Source: an uncultured delta proteobacterium (lineage in GTDB: Bacteria; Desulfobacterota; Binatia; Bin18). From it: a stretch of DNA of 64,000 bases. Positions 20,636-30,352 of this stretch are shown one piece after another; position 1 is the first letter of the stretch; each line of letters starts with the position of its first letter. The notes under the pieces are model-generated. The model did no database searches. It was not told the DNA's origin and was given only the letters and a program-made list of their open reading frames with translations. The DNA is taken from assembly GCA_963733195.1 (NCBI GenBank), contig CAVTCR010000059.1:32001-96000 (forward strand). The letters run 5' to 3'. The translations under genes were made by a program, and so were the position numbers.

Positions 20636-21302
20636 TTACGCCTCCAGTATCCCCATCCGTTGGAGCCGTGTCAGATGCATCTGAATGATGGCCATGGGAA
20701 ACCCAGCAATCATTTCTTCTAACGGGTCCGCTGGTGTTTGGCCATTAATAACACCCGCATAGTGCTGGACCAACTGCTCCTGCATGACTCAGGAGCTGCT
20801 CGCGCAATGTTGGTTGTTGCGCGAGGTATTGCATGATTTTACGCTCCCCATACTCGACGTGACTTTCTTCATCGTGAATGACACGTTGCAGCCCACGACG
20901 AATCGGCTGGTCACTTATCACGTCGTGGTAAAAATAGATCAGCACCAAAGCAAGTCCTTCGCCAACGACCATCGACTCAAAGAGCATTTCTTCCCAGGTG
21001 TGACTGACGACTCCATGCAATTCGTCCATGTCACTCACCAAGGCGGCGGAAGGCTCAGCTCCGTAGCGCTGTAAGAGACGACGAAAAATCCCCGCATGGC
21101 GGGTTTCGTCACGGGTTTGCTTGACGATCTCCCACATTCCTTCCATGTCTGGCGCTTTGGTGACCCACTGGCCGATTTTGACCGCGCCAACTTCGCCGTA
21201 AAACAAATGGCTGAGGGCGCGAAGAATAACCTCACGATCCTTCGCAATCGAGAACCGGGGCGCACCGTGATACAACGTCATTTCCTCTCGTTTTAGCAAC
21301 AT
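20636..21302 (-). CDS. Ferritin-like diiron protein (frameshifted C-terminus)
   Basis: Two diiron half-sites: YGE...DETRH and GEG...DEESH. Confidence 0.75.
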
Positions 21303-21338
21303 AAACCACCTCCCCCTTCGCGGTTATTTCGAGGAACG

Positions 21339-22322
21339 TCAACGGTCGTGCTCTTTCGCGTACATTTCATATCGTACCTGACGGAGCAGTATCATCAATC
21401 GGTGAAGCTCACTCAATGTCATAGGTTGTTGGGACCACAGCGCGCCAACGCCATCTGGCCCTCCGAGTGCGGCAAGTCCAAGGCGACCGACTTCATGAGT
21501 TATCTCCCCAATTGCCCAAGCAAGAGCCTGCGCTACGCGCTTGCTCTCTAGTGTGTGAGTAACGCTGAGATGATGATAATGTGCAGCGATGGCGGCTTCA
21601 AGCTTATCGAGGTTGAGATTCGTCACTGCACTAACCGCAAGCACTGGACGAGCCCACGATTGTTGCTCAAGTGACAACGCAGCTTTGACATCGGCCATCG
21701 CCTTGCGGGCTAACGCTTCATCATCAGCTTTATTGATTGCAAGAACGTCAGGAATCTCCATCACTCCGGCCTTAATGAATTGCAGTACGTCACCGGAAAA
21801 TGGCTGAATGACCATGACAACCGTATCGGCAATGTGAGCAATGTCGGTTTCACTCTGCCCGACGCCAACAGTTTCAATCAGTAATACATCGCAGAGATGG
21901 CGGAGGAGAAATACGGCGGCAAATGCTTCGCGACTTAAACCGCCAAGGCGATCGCGCGCGGCGAAGCTGCGAATGTAGACTGGTGCGCCCACGGGAATCT
22001 GCATCCGTCCACGATCACCGAGTAATGCACCACCTGAGACCTTGCTGGATGGATCGACGGCAATAACGGCGAGGCGTTTTCCTGTCTTGGCAGCATGTTC
22101 GATCAACCGCGAAATCAACGAGCTTTTCCCCACTCCTGGTGGGCCAGTGATACCAACAACATGTGCTGGTACCGGGTACGTGGTGAGTTTGTCAAGCAGC
22201 GCCAGCGCTTGTTCCTGTCGCGCAGGACGCCGATCTTCAAGCAGATTCAACGCCGCAGCAATGGCTGTGCGATCGAAGCGGAGGAGGCGAGAGATATCGA
22301 TGTGAAAACGATGAGTGGTCAC
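21339..22322 (-). CDS. meaB: Cobalamin mutase chaperone GTPase MeaB/ArgK
   Basis: GITGPPGVGKS, AVDPSS, GALLGDR, IETVGVGQSE, NKAD. Confidence 0.92.
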   Translation of the reverse strand: MTTHRFHIDISRLLRFDRTAIAAALNLLEDRRPARQEQALALLDKLTTYPVPAHVVGITGPPGVGKSSLISRLIEHAAKTGKRLAVIAVDPSSKVSGGALLGDRGRMQIPVGAPVYIRSFAARDRLGGLSREAFAAVFLLRHLCDVLLIETVGVGQSETDIAHIADTVVMVIQPFSGDVLQFIKAGVMEIPDVLAINKADDEALARKAMADVKAALSLEQQSWARPVLAVSAVTNLNLDKLEAAIAAHYHHLSVTHTLESKRVAQALAWAIGEITHEVGRLGLAALGGPDGVGALWSQQPMTLSELHRLMILLRQVRYEMYAKEHDR

Positions 22323-22357
22323 AGGAAAGATATTGGGAAACGGGATACGATTCGCCT

Positions 22358-22410
22358 AAATCCCCCCGCGCTCCGCGCTACCCTCCTTTTGCAAAGGGGG
22401 GAAGGGAGGA
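22358..22410. repeat. Intergenic palindromic element of the CCCCCTT..AAAGGGGG type
   Basis: AATCCCCCC...CCTCCTTTTGCAAAGGGGGAAGGGAGGATT; a related short copy lies at about 33812-33833. Confidence 0.55.
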
Positions 22411-22430
22411 TTTCTCTCTTTACAAAAAGG

Positions 22431-24426
22431 TTACCCATACGCCGCCTCCGCGACATCCACCATATCCGAGAGGATGCGTAACATTTCAAAATCTTTCGGC
22501 GTGTACACACGAGCAACACCAGCTTTGCGCAACACTGCCGCATCATCTTCAGGAATAATCCCGCCAATGACAACCGGAACATCACTCAGTCCTTCAGCTT
22601 TGAGGCCAGCGATCACTTCAGGAACAAGACGCAAATGTGACCCAGAAAGAATGCTCAAGCCAATCAGATGCACTCCTTCATCTCGTGCACTGTTCACAAT
22701 CTGATCTGGAGTGAGGCGGATTCCCTCATAGACGACTTCCATTCCAGCATCGCGGCACCACACGGCAATCTGCTCGGCGCCGTTAGAGTGACCGTCGAGG
22801 CCAGGTTTACCAATCAATACTTTGAGTGGTCTCCCCAGTACATCGGCTGACTTGCGCACTCGAGCGCGTAGGGTTTCCAAACGTTCACCTCCCTGCCCGT
22901 TCGCGCTTCGTGTGACAACTGCAGCCCCCGATGCCTGTCGGCGCGCGGAATTCGCCAAACGCCGTACGTAACGTCTGCGCCCATTCACCAGTCGTGACTC
23001 CAGCATGCGCGCAACGAATCGACACCGGCATGATGTTATCGCCGTTGACGGCAGTGTCACGTAAGGCGGTCAATGCTGCCGTTACCTCAACTTGATTCCG
23101 CGACGCACGAAACGCATGTAGGCGGGCGAGTTGATCACGTTCTGCTTCTTCGTCCACTTTCAGAATGGCCGAGGAATCCCCAGTGTAGAGCGGGGACAGT
23201 GCAGTTTCAGTGAATTTGTTTACACCAACAACGGTTTGCTCACCGGCATTGATGCGTCGCACGCGGTCAGTGTGGCTGGCCACGAGTTGTTCCTTGACGT
23301 AGTCCAACGCTGCAATAACACCGCCAAATTCTTGCACGCGTTCGACCTCAGCCCAGGCTGCACGTTTAATCTCGTTAGTCTTGGCTTCGATAACCTTACT
23401 ACCCTCGAAAATATCCTCGTATTCAAGAACATCCGTTTCATACGCCAAAATCTGTTGGATACGTAAACTCCACTGCTGATCCCACGGACGTGGAAGGCCA
23501 AGCGCTTCATTCCAGGTGGGAAGTTGTAGAGCACGACAACGTGCATCTTTGCTTAGCGTTACTCCCAACGCTTCGAGCACAATACGTGGAACGTTATTCT
23601 CCGGTTGCGCTTCGGTGAGACCGAGTGAATTGACCTGCACCCCGTAACGACACCGACGCAGTTTGGGGTCAGTGATACCGTAGCGAACACGCGTGAGTTC
23701 GTCCCACAATTGCCCAAACGCGCGCAGCTTGCAGATCTCTTCAATGAAGCGGAGACCGGAGTTGACGAAAAAGCTGATCCGTCCAACGGCTTCGGCAAAC
23801 TCGGCCGTACTTAATTTGCCGGAAGCGCGTACCGTATCGAGAACCGCGATCGCCGTGCAGAGCGTGTAGGCGATTTCTTGGACTGGCGTGGCGCCGGCTT
23901 CTTGCAAATGGTAGGAGCACACGTTGATAGGATTCCATTTGGGAACGTGGGCAACAGTGTAGATAATTGTATCGCGTGTCAGACGTAAGCTTGGTGCGGG
24001 TGGAAAGATATAGGTGCCACGCGAAAGGTATTCTTTGACGATGTCGTTCTGCGTCGTGCCTTGCAGGGCTTTGGCATCAACCCCCTGACGTTCCGCTGCA
24101 GCTATATAAAGTGCTAATAACCACGCCGCCGTGCCATTGATGGTCATCGACGTGTTCATTTTATCCAGCGGGATACCGACAAAGAGTGCTTCCATATCGC
24201 CGATGTGGCCAATCGGAACCCCAACTTTGCCGACTTCGCCGCGTGCGAGTTCGTGGTCGCTGTCGTAGCCGGTCTGTGTCGGGAGATCGAACGCCACAGA
24301 CAAACCCGTCTGCCCTTTGCTCAAGTTGAGGCGATACAGCTCGTTACTCGCCTTGGCGGTGGAATGACCAGAGTAGGTGCGCATGACCCAGGGATTGTCG
24401 TTTTTCATCTTTCGTTCCTCGCTCAA
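22431..24426 (-). CDS. ecm: Ethylmalonyl-CoA mutase (MeaA), B12-dependent (frameshift near 22925)
   Basis: PWVMRTYSGHSTA..SNELY, NVCSYHLQEAGA, RYGVQVNSLGLTE, LPRPWDQQWSLR; B12 domain KPGLDGHSNGAEQIA. Confidence 0.92.
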
Positions 24427-24436
24427 TATCGAAAGC

Positions 24437-25276
24437 CTATCGCCGCGAGATCAATTGCAGCAACACTCCATGTGTATGTTTCGGGCTGATGAAAGCCAAC
24501 TCGCTGCCGTCAGGAGCTTTGGCGACGTTTGCTTTGATACCTTTTTCTCCTAGGGCTGCGATCGCACCAGGCAGATAGTCGACATCAAGAGATAGCAAGT
24601 ACATGCCTTCGCCGTTCTTGGTGAGGAACTGCGCAATCGGACTGTTGTCGCCGAGTGGAGAGACGATCTCAATCTTGGCATCACTAATCGGCAAGAACGT
24701 ATTGCGAATACCAAGCGCAGGAACTTCACCCGCTGGTTCACGCGAGAGACCAAAGTTCTTCTGATAGGTTGCCACTGCAGCTTCGAGATCTTTCACAGCA
24801 ATGACCACATGATCAAGCCGTTTGGTCGTGAACCGACGGTTACGCGCTTCGCCAAGAAGAGAGGCGTGCTCGCTATGATCGACCGGTTGCGCGTACTCGA
24901 TCAACGCACCACAACATGCCTGCGGATGAAAAAACGCAATAATTCCAGCTAGGCCTAGGCGCGGCTTCTGGTCGATCACTCTGATGCCTTTGTCTATGGT
25001 CGCTTGGAGTTCGGCTTCAACGTTATCCGTTTCGAAACAGATATGATGCAACCCGCCGCCTTTCTTCTCCAGAAATTTCGCGACCCCGGAGTCTGCAGTG
25101 ATCGGTTCCAGTAGTTCGATCTCACTCTCGCCAACTGGAAGCAATGCAGCTTTCACACCTTGATCCTGAACCGTTGCCATCTTGCCTAATGGCAGGCCAA
25201 GTGTGTCTTTGTAAAATTCAAAGGCTTCTTCGAGTTTACGAACGACGATACCGACATGGTGAATTTTTTTAAGCAT
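24437..25276 (-). CDS. mce: Methylmalonyl/ethylmalonyl-CoA epimerase with a second VOC domain
   Basis: Domain 1 IHHVGIVV, DQGVK, IELLEP, GGLHHICF; domain 2 LDHVVIAV...THGVLLQL. Confidence 0.85.
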   Translation of the reverse strand: MLKKIHHVGIVVRKLEEAFEFYKDTLGLPLGKMATVQDQGVKAALLPVGESEIELLEPITADSGVAKFLEKKGGGLHHICFETDNVEAELQATIDKGIRVIDQKPRLGLAGIIAFFHPQACCGALIEYAQPVDHSEHASLLGEARNRRFTTKRLDHVVIAVKDLEAAVATYQKNFGLSREPAGEVPALGIRNTFLPISDAKIEIVSPLGDNSPIAQFLTKNGEGMYLLSLDVDYLPGAIAALGEKGIKANVAKAPDGSELAFISPKHTHGVLLQLISRR

Positions 25277-25366
25277 GAGAGTTCCTCAACAGTGAAGAAT
25301 TAAGAGTGAAGAGTTGAAGGACAATGCGAAATTTTTTCATTCTTCATTTAACACTTTTTAGTGGCT

Positions 25367-26405
25367 TTAGCCGACCCGCTTCATCTGCTCCAAAATATCG
25401 TAGCCTGTGATCCCTTTGCTCTTCGCCGCTTGTTCGGCGAGGTAGGCAGAGCTGACCTTTTCCGCTTGCACTGCTTTGGCCAGGTCCATCAGGGCGATTT
25501 TGATCGTGGCTTCGTCGATCATTTCGCCGGTCTCTGGATCAGGCATCGAGCCACCACCCTTCTGGTGGTAGAGGTCGAGAACACGAGTCGCATACTGAAT
25601 CTGCTTATCAGTGGGCGTGTAGCACTCGTTGGCAATCTTGCGCTTGCTGAGGATGAATCACCCAGGTGCCATCCATGCCCAGGTTGGCTGCACCGATGTT
25701 TTTATCGCGCAAACCGGCTTCGATCTCAGCAACTTTCTCTTTGGAATCTTCCTTGCGCCATAACGGGAGGTACACGTTATCAACCGCATGCAGTCCTGCG
25801 GCTTTGGCGGCGATGACTACTGCTTGCTTGGCATATAAGAAATTAATGTTCTGATTCTTCACGACTTCGCGGATGCCAAGAGTCGCAGCGAAATCGGCGA
25901 TACCAAAGATCAGTCCAGCCATGCGATCTGAAGCAGTAGCGATATCGTAGGCTTTCACCACAGCTTGGGGAATCTCAATCAATGACTCAAGTTGCAGACG
26001 AGTTTTCCAGCCAGCTTTCTTTTCCAGGCTATCAAGCAGTGAGGAGACATACTTGATGTCATCCGGACCATGAATCTTTGGTAGGATCAAGCCATGAAAC
26101 TTATCCGGTGCGCCGGTGACGATGGCTTCGATGTCACCAAGGAAAAACTCTGAGCGGACATTGTTCGGTCGGACGGTAATAACTTTTTTGCCGAAATCGA
26201 GAGTGTTCAGGGCCTCAACAACACATTGTCGGCTCTTTGGTCCTTTGAACTCGTACGGGCAGGCGTCTTCAAAATCCATCATCACGTGGTCAACTGGCGA
26301 CTTCACCGGGTCCGCAGCATTTTGGTGCAACTTCATGCTGTGACCTGGGTAGGTCATCTCAGTGCGGGGAATTACAAACCGCTTGCCTTTATCGAGTACA
26401 AACAT
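25367..26405 (-). CDS. mcl: Malyl-CoA/beta-methylmalyl-CoA lyase, CitE family (frameshift near 25645)
   Basis: PRTEMTYP, MDFEDAC, VRPN, LPK, IEIP, FGIADF, WVIHP.Q; C-terminus GEMIDEATIKIA in another frame; pathway context. Confidence 0.78.
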
Positions 26406-26673
26406 GGAATCCTCCTGAAATAACTGTCAGTTATCAGTGGTCAGTTTTCAGCATGCAATACGGATGAGATAGTCTCCCTCGTTATTGACTGAGTGCTGAA
26501 AACTGCTGACTGAGTGCTGTCTTCTAGCAGATTGCGCCACCCTAGCCCAGGGCGGCGGGGAATGTTAGAACCCTTCCCCTAACCTAGTATACTCAAGCGA
26601 CGGATTCCTTTTTCTCCTATCTTCCCAAAAGTAGGGAGAAAATAGGACCGACGAATACACGAGGAGATACTGC

Positions 26674-28309
26674 ATGACCGATATACTCCGCCAAACCACC
26701 GCCATTGTTGACGCCTTGCAGAAACTGCGAGATGAAGCGTTGCACTACGGGCGCAGAATCACTGACAATGGCAAAGGTATCGATGATCATCAAGTCCACA
26801 CTGAGCGGCTTGCCTATCTGGCGACTGAAGTGGAAGCCGCTCGGGCGTTAGTGGCGTATGCCACCGGCGCCCAAGCCACGGTGACTCAGAAGCCAGTGAG
26901 ATGGCCTCGGGTTTGCTGCCGAGATCGGTCAGAAACATCTGAACCAAGCGGATACCCATCTGACCGACTTTGGTTTTCCTGAATCAGTGCTTGCCGAGAC
27001 GCTTGGTCGTTCCGATGTGAAGGCGGCGATGCGCGTGGGTGCGCATGAGAATCGCTTTCGCAGTATCGGCCGGTCGGTGATTGCGAGTCGTGGGGTGAAT
27101 AACTCTTGGCTGGAAAGTGACATCGCGGCTATGACGCGCGACTCGGTACGGCAATTCGCCCGCGCTGAGGTGTCACAAGTCGCCGAGCGTGTGCACCGTC
27201 ATGACGAATTGATCCCCGAAAATATCATTAAGCAAATGGCAGAGCTGGGCTTCTTTGGTATGTCGGTTCCTGAGGAATATGGCGGCGGCGGTATGGGCAA
27301 CCTGGCGATGATTATTACGACTGAAGAACTGTCGTGTGCATCACTAGGTGTTGCTGGCAGTTTGATTACCCGTCCCGAAATTCTTACCAAAGCTCTCCTC
27401 CGTGGTGGAACAGAAACGCAGAAGAAGAAATGGCTACCGCCGATTGCAGCAGGAGAATTGATGGTTGCGATCTCGGTGACTGAGCCAGATACCGGTTCAG
27501 ATGTTGCCTCAGTCAAATGTCGAGCCGAAGCGGCAACTGTCGGTGGCAAACAAGGGTACGTCATCAACGGAGCCAAAGCGTGGTGTACGTTTGCTGGGCG
27601 GGCAAACATCATTGCTATGCTAACGCGCACGAATCCTGATGCCAAATCCGGTGCGCGTGGACTCTCGCTGTTTATTGTCGAGAAGGATCAATTCCCTGGC
27701 CATACGTTTGAGATGCGTCAACCCACTGGTGGCGTACTAGGTGGAACCGCGATTCCTACGCTGGGATATCGTGGGATGCATTCGTATATCATCAATTGTG
27801 ATAATTATTTTGTTCCCGCAGAAAATTTGGTTGGTGAAGAAGGCGGGCTCAACAAAGGCTTCTATTTGCAGATGGCGGGATTCGCCGCAGGTCGGTTACA
27901 GACCGGCGGTCGCGCCACTGGTCTCGCGCAGGCTGCACTAGAAGTGACAGCGACCTACGCCAACGAACGCAAACAATTCGGAACTGCGCTGGGAGATTTC
28001 CAACTGACTCAATACAAACTCGGGCGCATGGCAACCTACATCGCCGCCGCACGACAGCTCTCCTACGCGGCGGCCCCAGCCATGGATAAAGACGAGGCCG
28101 CTGCAGTCATTGCCGCAATGGCGAAGTTACTGGCGTGCGACGTTGCCGTGTCAGTGACGCAAGAAGGGCAACTGATCCACGGCGGTTGGGGCTACGGTGA
28201 AGAGTACGCAATCTCGCGTTACGTCGTTGATGCCCTCGTGCTGCCGATTTTTGAAGGAGTAAAGCCGATTTTGGAACTGAAAGTGATTGGGCGGACGCTG
28301 TTGGCGTAA
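26674..28309 (+). CDS. mcd: Acyl-CoA dehydrogenase, probably (2S)-methylsuccinyl-CoA dehydrogenase (frameshifts at about 26870-26910)
   Basis: Long N-terminal extension (IDDHQVHTERLAY), SLITRPEI, TEPDTGSD, LGYRGMHSY, IFEG; next to ecm. Confidence 0.8.
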
Positions 28310-28393
28310 GACCGAAAGCTGTAGACTTCAGGTCTTAGGTGAGAGGGGAGATTCAGTCTTTCCTTGTAGCCGTAGATGATGTGCTCTGTATCG

Positions 28394-28431
28394 CGTTTCG
28401 TCATTCCCGCGCAGGCGGGAATGACGAAACG
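28394..28431. repeat. Perfect palindrome with ATTCCC-N8-GGGAAT core, possible bidirectional terminator
   Basis: CGTTTCGTCATTCCCGC-GCAG-GCGGGAATGACGAAACG (17-bp stem) between convergent genes. Confidence 0.8.
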
Positions 28432-28541
28432 GGAAGATATCGCCATTCTCGCAAAAGCGAGAAACTAGATTTCCGTACTAGGGGGAGATAATGAGGCCTA
28501 GGCTCTAAGGATGGGCCCCTACAGCCTATAGCTTTCAACCT

Positions 28542-29600
28542 TCACGCATAGTGACTCCTCCGTTTCACCGCCATCTCCCGCTCTAAATAAAAGATCTCCA
28601 TCTTCTCCCACGCATCAGCTTTTTTGATGAACTTATGACCACGTAGGATGGTCGCAATGATACCGAGGTCTGGCCGACCAGGGTAATCACGTTTGCCAGT
28701 GATCTCAGTTGCTGCAAAGACCGTATCACCAACAAAAACCGGGCCGGTGTGACGACCAGTGATATAGCAAGTATCTCCGAGTGCGTTGTCGCCAACATCT
28801 GGACACGACAGTCCCAGGCAGAGATTAAACGGAATGCCACCATACACAATCAACTGTCCGCCAATGTATTTCTGCGGATTCTGGTCGACCAGGTACTGAT
28901 TGCTATGGACCTGTGAGGTGTTATCAAGCATTGCCGTCCATTCCATATGTGCCGTGGTCACAGTACGCCCACGTGAGTGCTCAATGACATCCCCAACGTT
29001 GAAGTCTTCAAAGTAGGTGTCGGAATTGGTGAGATGGGCAAGCTCCTGATACTTACGGTTTTTGTCGTAGGCAGGAACGTGGAGGTCGCACGGGATGGTG
29101 GGAATCTCAGACTGTGAGGCCGCCTCGACTTTTGCCTCTTGCTTGTCTTTCCAAATCTGAACTTTCCGCTGTAAGGTGAGAACGACTTCACCATTCTGAT
29201 TGCGGCCAGTCGTTTGCACATGCACCACGCCACGGTCAGGTTCTTTGGACGATGGTTGCACACCAACGATCGTGGTTTCAACCTCGATGGTATCGCCAAT
29301 GTACACCGGCGCGCCGAAGCGCATGTCACGGTACTCCAGGTTTGCGCGGGCATTTTCAGAGATATCCTCGACGCTCTGACTGAACACGATGTTCATCACT
29401 AGTCCTGGAGGAGCAATGAGTCCTTTGAACCCGTAGCGCTGTGCATAGCGCAGGTTCTTACTCAACGGGTTGGTGGTCATACCAAATTCAGTGAAGGCAT
29501 TAAACAAACCTTCGGTGACAGTCTTACCAACCTTGTGGCGAAAGAGCTGACCAACACGAAAGTCTTCAAGAAAATTGCCACGTTTCTTGCGAATGATCAC
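28542..29600 (-). CDS. mch: Double hot-dog MaoC dehydratase, probably mesaconyl-CoA hydratase
   Basis: GNFLEDFRVG, SENARANLEY, YFEDFNVGDVIEH, HTGPVFVGDT; pathway context. Confidence 0.78.
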   Translation of the reverse strand: MIIRKKRGNFLEDFRVGQLFRHKVGKTVTEGLFNAFTEFGMTTNPLSKNLRYAQRYGFKGLIAPPGLVMNIVFSQSVEDISENARANLEYRDMRFGAPVYIGDTIEVETTIVGVQPSSKEPDRGVVHVQTTGRNQNGEVVLTLQRKVQIWKDKQEAKVEAASQSEIPTIPCDLHVPAYDKNRKYQELAHLTNSDTYFEDFNVGDVIEHSRGRTVTTAHMEWTAMLDNTSQVHSNQYLVDQNPQKYIGGQLIVYGGIPFNLCLGLSCPDVGDNALGDTCYITGRHTGPVFVGDTVFAATEITGKRDYPGRPDLGIIATILRGHKFIKKADAWEKMEIFYLEREMAVKRRSHYA

Positions 29601-29683
29601 ACGATGCTCCCTCTTGCAGGATTTAGCGGGAAAGTAAGGTACAGGAGTTCACCAGACAGGACAAGCGAATGGTTCATACATTA

Positions 29684-29764
29684 CTAATGGTGCAATTCTT
29701 CGATCAGTGCCTTCGCCTCTTGCAGGTCTTTCGTATCAAACCCTTCCGTGAACCAGTTGTAGAT
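29684..29764 (-). pseudogene. Orphan 3' end of a cyclase-STAND-TPR gene
   Basis: Encodes [26 protein letters not shown]; 55/57 nt identical to 30377-30433. Confidence 0.88.
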
Positions 29765-29818
29765 AGGGACAACGTGTTACGTGCCGCGTGCCTTAAGGTT
29801 ACTACAGGCGCGCGAGGC

Positions 29819-30061
29819 TCATCGGTGCGAAGCTTCCAGGATGGTCACCCCTACCAAATTCTTCCCCTTGTAATCGAAAATGATCCCATCCTCTCCCATT
29901 TCGCTGTGCGTTGAGTTCACCTCGTCAACGAAATGGACGTACAGCACATCGGCCTCCTCATCATAATCCAACCACATCCGACGCTTTGGCAGTTGTACGA
30001 GGTGGGAAACAGCTTTAAGCAGATGTCCCAGACTTTTCTTTGCTAGCGCTTCTTTGGCCAT
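29819..30061 (-). CDS. DUF2283-family protein (putative antitoxin)
   Basis: DYDEEADVLYVHF...DGIIFDY...VGVTILEAS. Confidence 0.85.
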   Translation of the reverse strand: MAKEALAKKSLGHLLKAVSHLVQLPKRRMWLDYDEEADVLYVHFVDEVNSTHSEMGEDGIIFDYKGKNLVGVTILEASHR

Positions 30062-30349
30062 ACGATTGTTCTTTTGTTCACCTTACGGGCGATGAAGGCG
30101 GTAATGATGAATCGCGTCAGTTCGACTCACTTCTCGATAGACCACATGGAGATATTCTTGTTTCGCAAGAGTCAGGACGGCAACGGAAGCTCCAGCGTAT
30201 CCTCGCAGAATCCAGGTCGGACGTTCGACGGTATCGAGTACGCTTTCATAGTAGGGTTCCATATAGGGTTTGATTCGCTGACAATATGCTCCCATCTCTC
30301 TGGTGTGAGACGAATATGGTACGCCATTGACCGAGTATACGACATCCAC
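30043..30349 (-). CDS. Putative RelE-fold-like toxin partner of DUF2283 (frameshifted)
   Basis: Reassembled: SVNGVPIRLTPERWEHIV...VLDTVERP...YLHVVYREVS...FIITAF...IVWPKKR*; overlaps the DUF2283 start. Confidence 0.65.
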
Positions 30350-30352
30350 ACC

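Noticed and set aside
26525-26545. Sigma54 site upstream of mcl (minus strand TGGCGCAATCTGC)
   Set aside because: GG-to-GC spacing is 8 nt, not the required 10.
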